From Ignavibacteriota bacterium (GTDB lineage: Bacteria; Bacteroidota; Ignavibacteria; UBA10030; SZUA-254), in assembly GCA_016212665.1 (NCBI GenBank), contig JACREZ010000002.1:15509-79508 (forward strand): DNA of 64,000 nt, read 5' to 3'. Below are positions 58,251 through 64,000 of this stretch, one piece after another. The stretch's first letter is position 1. The number at the start of each line of letters is the position of its first letter. The position numbers and the translations under genes are program-made. The notes below the pieces were generated by a model. The model was not told the origin of the DNA. It did not search any database and saw only the letters and a program-made list of their open reading frames with translations.

Positions 58251-58282
58251 AAAAACAAAAAGGTCGGCTCATCACCGACCTT
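58251..58282 (-). terminator. Probable terminator of the suf-sod operon
   Basis: AAGGTCGG/CCGACCTT stem followed by a T-run on the minus strand. Confidence 0.65.
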
Positions 58283-58288
58283 CTTATC

Positions 58289-58341
58289 GTCATGGTGAGC
58301 GAAGTCGAACCATGATGTCATCTCGAGCGAAGTCGAGGGAT
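58289..58341. repeat. Two tandem hairpin units with a conserved GAGCGAAGTCGA core
   Basis: GTCATGGT-GAGCGAAGTCGA-ACCATGA and GTCATCTC-GAGCGAAGTCGA-GGGAT, 28-nt period. Confidence 0.8.
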
Positions 58342-59063
58342 TATTTCGCGCTTGTAAACAATTTCGACGCGTAATCCCAATTCACAACGTTCCACCACGC
58401 GGCGACGTAATCGGGGCGGCGGTTTTGGTACTTGAGATAATACGCATGTTCCCACACATCGAGTCCGAGAACAGGAACGCCTTTCACTTCGGCAATATCC
58501 ATCAACGGATTGTCCTGATTTGGCGTCGAGCAAACAACGAGTTTGTCATGTTGCTTCACAAGCCACGCCCAACCGGAACCGAAGCGAGTGACACCGGCGT
58601 TGCCAAATTGCTCTTTGAATTTATCAAACGAACCGAAATCACGAGCAATGGCTACTGCAAGTTCGCCAGTTGGTTCGCCGCCGCCATTGGCTTTCATCCA
58701 GTTCCAGAATTGTGTGTGATTGAAATGTCCGCCGCCGTTGTTGCGAATTGCAGGCGATGCTTTTGAAACGTTCGCGAGAATTTCTTCAATGGATTTTGAA
58801 GCCCACTCTGTTCCCTCGATTGCTTTGTTGAGATTGGTAACATACGCGTTGTGATGTTTTCCGTGATGGATTTCCATCGTCATTTTATCAACGAATGGCT
58901 CAAGCACATCGTGCGCGTACGGTAATTCGGGTAATGTAAATGGCATAGTAGATTGTTCCTTTTGAGTTTGAGTAAAATAATTTGATGATAAAACTTTGGT
59001 TGATTGCAGTACGCTCGCCGCGCCGACAATCAATGACGTTTGTAAAAATTTTCTTCGTTCCAT
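58341..59063 (-). CDS. sodA: Mn/Fe superoxide dismutase with Tat-like leader
   Basis: [42 protein letters not shown]; leader MERRKFLQ. Confidence 0.92.
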   Translation of the reverse strand: MERRKFLQTSLIVGAASVLQSTKVLSSNYFTQTQKEQSTMPFTLPELPYAHDVLEPFVDKMTMEIHHGKHHNAYVTNLNKAIEGTEWASKSIEEILANVSKASPAIRNNGGGHFNHTQFWNWMKANGGGEPTGELAVAIARDFGSFDKFKEQFGNAGVTRFGSGWAWLVKQHDKLVVCSTPNQDNPLMDIAEVKGVPVLGLDVWEHAYYLKYQNRRPDYVAAWWNVVNWDYASKLFTSAK

Positions 59064-59064
59064 T

Positions 59065-59649
59065 TCAGTTCGAGCGATAATATGGATTCGTTCCACTTTG
59101 ATGGTCGGTTACATCTATGATTGCACCGACTTCAGGAATATGAACCCTGATTAATTTTTCGATGCCGCTTCTTAACGTCTGATTTGCCATTCCACATCCC
59201 TGACAACCGCCACCGAGCACAAGATACACATCATTCTTCCTGACATCTGCCAACGAAACAAATCCTCCATGACTCTCAACCGATGGATTGATTTCAACTT
59301 GAAGAAGTTTCTGCACTTTCTCTCTGATAACATCTTCGCCTGGAAGTTGAGCAAACATTTCATCAGAAATTGCAGGAACACCGGATTGGATTTGCTCTCG
59401 AATCAGCGTTCCGACTTGCTTGGCGATCGGCATCCACGGCTCAAATCCGAGTTTGGAAATTTTCACAACGTTGTTTGAAATCAAAACACCGTCAACATTT
59501 TTTATTTCAAATAATTTCTCCGCGAGCGGAGAACCTTGTGCGGAGTCAATTCCGTCAAAATACATTGAGCCGTCAGCGACCGCTCTGTCAACGATAAATT
59601 GACATGCATCGTCAGAAATTATTTGTGCTTGAATTGCTATTTCGTTCAT
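59065..59649 (-). CDS. Nfu-type Fe-S scaffold (Nfu_N plus NifU C-terminal domain)
   Basis: [24 protein letters not shown]. Confidence 0.88.
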   Translation of the reverse strand: MNEIAIQAQIISDDACQFIVDRAVADGSMYFDGIDSAQGSPLAEKLFEIKNVDGVLISNNVVKISKLGFEPWMPIAKQVGTLIREQIQSGVPAISDEMFAQLPGEDVIREKVQKLLQVEINPSVESHGGFVSLADVRKNDVYLVLGGGCQGCGMANQTLRSGIEKLIRVHIPEVGAIIDVTDHQSGTNPYYRSN

Positions 59650-59667
59650 GTTTAATTTATTTCTTGA

Positions 59668-60036
59668 TTATACTGCAAACGAACTTCCACACCCACACGT
59701 CTTTGCCGCATTTGGGTTGTTGAAGACAAAACCTTTTCCGTTCAATCCATCCTGAAAATCTAATTCTGTTCCGGCAAGATACATCAGACTTTTCTCGTCA
59801 ATGTAAATTGTAACGCCGTTGGATTGAAGTACTTTGTCGTAGTGATGCTGTTCATTGTCGAAGCCAAGCACATACGAAAAGCCCGAACATCCTCCCCCCT
59901 TCACCCCGATTCGCAAGGCAAAGTCGGAAGTAAGATTTTCTTTCTTTCTGATTTCTTCAATTTGATTTATGGCTTTTTGAGTTATGAGAATTTCTTGTTT
60001 AGTTTCGATTGTAGTATCAGTTAATGTTTCCAACAT
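59668..60036 (-). CDS. iscA: A-type Fe-S carrier (HesB/IscA)
   Basis: GGGCSGFSY, NPNA..TCGCGSSF. Confidence 0.93.
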   Translation of the reverse strand: MLETLTDTTIETKQEILITQKAINQIEEIRKKENLTSDFALRIGVKGGGCSGFSYVLGFDNEQHHYDKVLQSNGVTIYIDEKSLMYLAGTELDFQDGLNGKGFVFNNPNAAKTCGCGSSFAV

Positions 60037-60060
60037 ACTATTCCTTTCAATTTCTATTGA

Positions 60061-60426
60061 TTAAAAAAATCCAAGTTCAAGTTTTGCCGCTTCGGTCATC
60101 ATGCTCGGATTCCACGGTGGTTCCCATACGATGTCCACAACAACCTCGTTCACACCTTTCACTGATTTCACCCGGCGAGCGACATCAGCAGGAAGCGTTT
60201 GCGCGGCAGGGCAATGGGGCGTCGTTAATGTCATTCGAACATTAACAATAGCCGTGTCGCTGATATCCACTCCGTAAATTAAACCGAGTTCATAAATGTT
60301 GACCGGGATTTCCGGGTCGTAGCACAAACGAATAGCCTCGACGACCTGCGCTTCGATGATTGTTTTTTCGATTGAACTGAGAATCTGCGGCTCATCAGCC
60401 GTCATAACTTGTACGTTTTCTTCCAT
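60061..60426 (-). CDS. sufT: SufT/DUF59 Fe-S assembly protein
   Basis: DPEIPVNIYELGLIY, MTLTTPHCP, WEPPW; start moved to MEENVQ. Confidence 0.88.
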   Translation of the reverse strand: MEENVQVMTADEPQILSSIEKTIIEAQVVEAIRLCYDPEIPVNIYELGLIYGVDISDTAIVNVRMTLTTPHCPAAQTLPADVARRVKSVKGVNEVVVDIVWEPPWNPSMMTEAAKLELGFF

Positions 60427-60428
60427 GA

Positions 60429-60884
60429 TTATTCTGTTGAAACTTGTTCTTCGTTTGATGTAAGAGCGGTGTGAAGCGTGTGCCATGCAAGACTTGCACA
60501 TTTCACCCGTGCGGGAAATTCTGAAACACCTGCGAACGCAATGAGTTTTCCCAATGACTCAGCATTTGCTTCACCATTCAAGTCACCCATTACTAATTGA
60601 TGGAATTTCTCAAAGAGTAGTTCTGCTTCCTGCACTGATTTTCCTTTGACGATGGAACTCATCACCGATGCCGATGCCTTCGAAATTGCGCAACCGGAAC
60701 CTGTAAAACTCAAATCCTGAACAACACCATCTCTGACTTTGAGATACACAACATAATGGTCGCCGCACAACGGATTGAATCCTTCTATTTTTCTATCGGC
60801 ATCTTCCATCACACGGAAGTTGCGCGGACTTTTATTGTGGTCAAGAATTACTTCCTGATATAATTCTTTCAATTCAGGATTCAA
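60429..60884 (-). CDS. sufU: SufU-type Fe-S assembly protein
   Basis: LYQEVILDH, NPLCGD, GCAISKAS, PARVKCA. Confidence 0.93.
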   Translation of the reverse strand: MNPELKELYQEVILDHNKSPRNFRVMEDADRKIEGFNPLCGDHYVVYLKVRDGVVQDLSFTGSGCAISKASASVMSSIVKGKSVQEAELLFEKFHQLVMGDLNGEANAESLGKLIAFAGVSEFPARVKCASLAWHTLHTALTSNEEQVSTE

Positions 60885-62131
60885 CTGAAAATCTCCTTCA
60901 CTTTGTTGATACCGTCAACCAATGCATCTATTTCGTTTTTTGTGTTATAAAATGCAAACGACGCTCGCGCTGTTGCAGGAACACAAAATCGTTGCATCAC
61001 CAGTTGTGCGCAATGATGTCCTGTGCGGATAGCAATTCCTTCTGTATCGAGAATTGTCCCGATGTCGTGCGGATGAATTCCATCGAGGGTGAACGAAACT
61101 ACTCCGGCTTTCTCTCGTGCAGTTCCGATGATTGTCAAACCATTCACTGTTGATAATTTCTCGGTTGCATATTCGAGGAGTTCCTGTTCATAGTCATGAA
61201 TCGCTTCAAAATCGAGCGAGTTCAGATAATCAATTGCAACTCCAAAGGCGATTGTATCTGCAATATTCGGCGTCCCTGCTTCAAACTTATAGGGCAAATC
61301 ATTGTAAATCGTTTTCTCGAACGTTACTGACTTAATCATATCTCCTCCGCCCTGATACGGCGGCATAGTTTCAAGAAGCGATTTCTTTCCGTACACAACT
61401 CCGATTCCGGTCGGACCAAACATTTTATGACTTGAGAAGACATAGAAATCGTAATCTAATTCCTGAACGTCAATTCTTAAATGAGGAATTGCCTGCGCGC
61501 CGTCAATCAAAACCGGAACATTATGCGCGTGCGCGGTTTCAATCATATGTTTGATTGGATTGACAGTGCCGAGTGCATTTGAAACATGTGTGTACGCCGC
61601 GAATCTTGTCTTATCATTGAACAACTTCACGTACTCATCAAGAATGATTTCGCCGTTATCATCAATCGGGATAACCCGTAGCGTCGCTTTTTTCTCAGCG
61701 CATAACATTTGCCATGGAACGATGTTGGAGTGATGTTCCATTCCTGAAATAATAATCTCATCTCCTTCATGAATATTCGCTCGTCCAAAAGATTGAGCAA
61801 CGAGATTGATTCCTTCAGTTGTTCCGCGAGTGAAAATAATTTCCTCGCTTCGCTTGGCATTGATGTATCGTTGAACCTTCACTCTTGATTCTTCATACGC
61901 CTTCGTTGCCTGTTCGCTTAACAGATGCACACCGCGATGAACATTGGAATTGAACTCTGTGTAATACCGAACAAGAGAATCAATAACCACTTGCGGCTTC
62001 TGACTTGTCGCCGCGTTATCGAGATATACAAGCGCTTTGCCGTGAACTTGTTGACTGAGTATCGGAAAATCCTTCCTGATTTTCACAACATCAAACGTCA
62101 ATTTCGTTGGTTGTGTTTGAGTGCTAATCAT
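60881..62131 (-). CDS. sufS: Cysteine desulfurase SufS
   Basis: YLDNAATSQKP, EHHSN, SSHKM, RTGHHCA. Confidence 0.96.
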   Translation of the reverse strand: MISTQTQPTKLTFDVVKIRKDFPILSQQVHGKALVYLDNAATSQKPQVVIDSLVRYYTEFNSNVHRGVHLLSEQATKAYEESRVKVQRYINAKRSEEIIFTRGTTEGINLVAQSFGRANIHEGDEIIISGMEHHSNIVPWQMLCAEKKATLRVIPIDDNGEIILDEYVKLFNDKTRFAAYTHVSNALGTVNPIKHMIETAHAHNVPVLIDGAQAIPHLRIDVQELDYDFYVFSSHKMFGPTGIGVVYGKKSLLETMPPYQGGGDMIKSVTFEKTIYNDLPYKFEAGTPNIADTIAFGVAIDYLNSLDFEAIHDYEQELLEYATEKLSTVNGLTIIGTAREKAGVVSFTLDGIHPHDIGTILDTEGIAIRTGHHCAQLVMQRFCVPATARASFAFYNTKNEIDALVDGINKVKEIFS

Positions 62132-62133
62132 GC

Positions 62134-63471
62134 TCAGACAGGTTGTACAATTTGTCTTCCGCTATGGAGTTTTTCAAAAATCATCGGGTACAGTTTCTCA
62201 CGAAGTTGTTCGTTGTTGATTCTGTCAATCACGTCATTTGCAAATGCGGTTGTTAGTGTATCCCGTGCCTGTTCTTTGCTGAAGCCACGCGACCGCAAAT
62301 AAAAGATCTGATTAGCATCGAGTTGTCCGACCGTTGCGCCGTGCGTACATTTTACATCGTCTGCAAATATTTCAAGTTGAGGTTTTGTGTCAATCGTCGC
62401 CTCATCAGAAAGTAAGAGAGTTTTGTTCGTCTGTTTCGCGTCTGTCTTCTGAGCATCTTTCCTGACAAAGATTTTTCCGTTAAATACGCCGCGTGACTTT
62501 TGGTCAAGAATTGATTTGTACAATTCATGGCTCGGACAGTTTGGTTTTGCATGGTCAATCGTTGTGTGATTATCAATCAACTGCTGACCTGTTGCCAACG
62601 ACAGCCCGTTCAATGTACATTCACTCCCCTCGCCGTCTAACTTGGAAAGAATATTATTCCGAGCAATTGTTCCGCCAAGTGCAATCGAGTTCGATATAAA
62701 ATTACTTGCCGCTTTTTGATAGACTTGCGTTGTTCCGATATGAAACGACTGCGCACTTTCTCGTTGTAATTTTGTGTGATTGATAATCGCACCTTCATCG
62801 AGAAGTATTTCTGTGATAGTGTTTGTGAAGTAAACATTTTCTTTCAGGCAAGAATAATACTCAACGACACTGCATTTGCTCTGTTTGCCTGCAAGAATGA
62901 GATTTCGCGGATGAATCGTTACGGGCGAATCATTTTCTGATGAAAGAAAGAGACAATAAATTGGTTTTTCAATTACAATATTATCGGGAATTGAAATAAA
63001 AACTCCGTCCTGAATGAATGCCGCGTTCAAGGCATTGAACGGATTCTCTTCCGGTTTTGCAAGGGAGCCGAGATGCTGTATCGCTTTAAGAGATTGAATT
63101 GCGACGGATAGATTTTCTATCACAACACCATCCGATAGCGTATGAAGCGATGATAATTCTTCAGCAAAGAATCCATCAACAAATACTAAAAATTGAGACG
63201 ATGCTTTTTCAATAATGAATTCTTCGATGTCTTTCTTGCTGACAGAAGCGACATTTGATTTTTGCGGCGATTTGAAATTCGTCTTTGCAATTTGAGAAAC
63301 GTTCGTGAATCGCCATTCTTCATTTCGGTTTGTTGGAAATCCCAATCGCTCGAATGTCTCAAGAGCAGAACGTCTGAGTGCATGAAGCGACGACGTTGAT
63401 TCACCGTTCAGACTTTTTTCAAACTGCTCGAAGTTTGATTTCACCCAACTATGTTGAACTGATTCTGTCAT
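62134..63471 (-). CDS. sufD: Fe-S assembly protein SufD
   Basis: EEWRFTN, KPQLEIFADDVKCTHGATVG, FYLRSRG; start MTESVQ overlaps the sufC stop. Confidence 0.94.
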   Translation of the reverse strand: MTESVQHSWVKSNFEQFEKSLNGESTSSLHALRRSALETFERLGFPTNRNEEWRFTNVSQIAKTNFKSPQKSNVASVSKKDIEEFIIEKASSQFLVFVDGFFAEELSSLHTLSDGVVIENLSVAIQSLKAIQHLGSLAKPEENPFNALNAAFIQDGVFISIPDNIVIEKPIYCLFLSSENDSPVTIHPRNLILAGKQSKCSVVEYYSCLKENVYFTNTITEILLDEGAIINHTKLQRESAQSFHIGTTQVYQKAASNFISNSIALGGTIARNNILSKLDGEGSECTLNGLSLATGQQLIDNHTTIDHAKPNCPSHELYKSILDQKSRGVFNGKIFVRKDAQKTDAKQTNKTLLLSDEATIDTKPQLEIFADDVKCTHGATVGQLDANQIFYLRSRGFSKEQARDTLTTAFANDVIDRINNEQLREKLYPMIFEKLHSGRQIVQPV

Positions 63472-64000
63472 GCGGCGTGCGCTTCCTCTTTTACCCAATC
63501 ATATCCCTTTTCTTCGAGTTCAAGCGCAAGTTCTTTCCCGCCTGAAAGCGTTATCTGACCGTTCTGCAACACATGCACAAAATCAGGAACGATGTAATTG
63601 AGCAATCGTTGATAGTGTGTTACAACAATTGTCGCATTGTCAGCACGACGAAGTTTGTTGACGCCATCGGCAACATCTCGAAGCGCATCAATATCAAGCC
63701 CGGAATCTGTCTCGTCAAGAATGGCAAGTTTCGGTTCAAGCACTGCCATTTGAAAAATTTCGTTACGCTTTTTTTCACCGCCGGAAAATCCTTCGTTCAC
63801 TGCACGGCTGAGTAAGTTTTCAGTCAGATGAAGAACTTTCAACTTTTCCCGAACAAGTGCGAGAAACTCTACTGCATCAAGCGGTTCGAGTCCGCGATGT
63901 TTTCGGATTTCATTCAATCCTGCTTTGAGAAAATATGTATTGCTCACGCCGGGAATTTCAATAGGGTATTGAAACGCGAGGAACATTCCTTCTCTCGCCC
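63468..64000 (-). CDS. sufC: Fe-S assembly ATPase SufC (5' end outside the window)
   Basis: LAFQYP.EIPGV, NEGFSGGEKKRNE, LDETDSGLDID, THYQRLL. Confidence 0.96.
   Translation of the reverse strand, partial: AREGMFLAFQYPIEIPGVSNTYFLKAGLNEIRKHRGLEPLDAVEFLALVREKLKVLHLTENLLSRAVNEGFSGGEKKRNEIFQMAVLEPKLAILDETDSGLDIDALRDVADGVNKLRRADNATIVVTHYQRLLNYIVPDFVHVLQNGQITLSGGKELALELEEKGYDWVKEEAHAA

Overview
A 64-kb chromosomal window whose gene content (T9SS cargo proteins, PorV-like barrels, a Gld-type ABC module, two tandem lepB genes, DUF2723) suggests an Ignavibacteria/Bacteroidota-like bacterium; this taxon call is inference. Most of it is housekeeping: mutS, uvrC, lepA-lepB-lepB-hemW, apt, secG, tRNA-Lys(CTT), tRNA-Val(CAC), ada and a suf/iscA/nfu/sod operon. 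It also carries a CzcCBA-type efflux module and a DUF2723-GT4-flippase glycosylation cluster. I found no CRISPR array, rRNA, integrase or transposase. The main structure the annotation does not explain is a dense set of very small repeat elements: (i) 7-8-nt tandem arrays, some as inverted pairs, inserted in frame inside MutS (twice), UvrC, a peptidase and a signal peptide; (ii) GTAG-type REP hairpins, one interrupted by a 20-bp GCA-triloop mini-palindrome, with an uninterrupted copy elsewhere in the window; (iii) a GxxExxY nuclease-like gene bracketed by its own palindromic repeats; (iv) a 145-bp MITE. A second candidate system is an operon of three PilV/W/X-like proteins lacking the canonical prepilin leader, followed by a secreted beta-propeller. 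All family assignments come from motif recognition by eye, not database searches.
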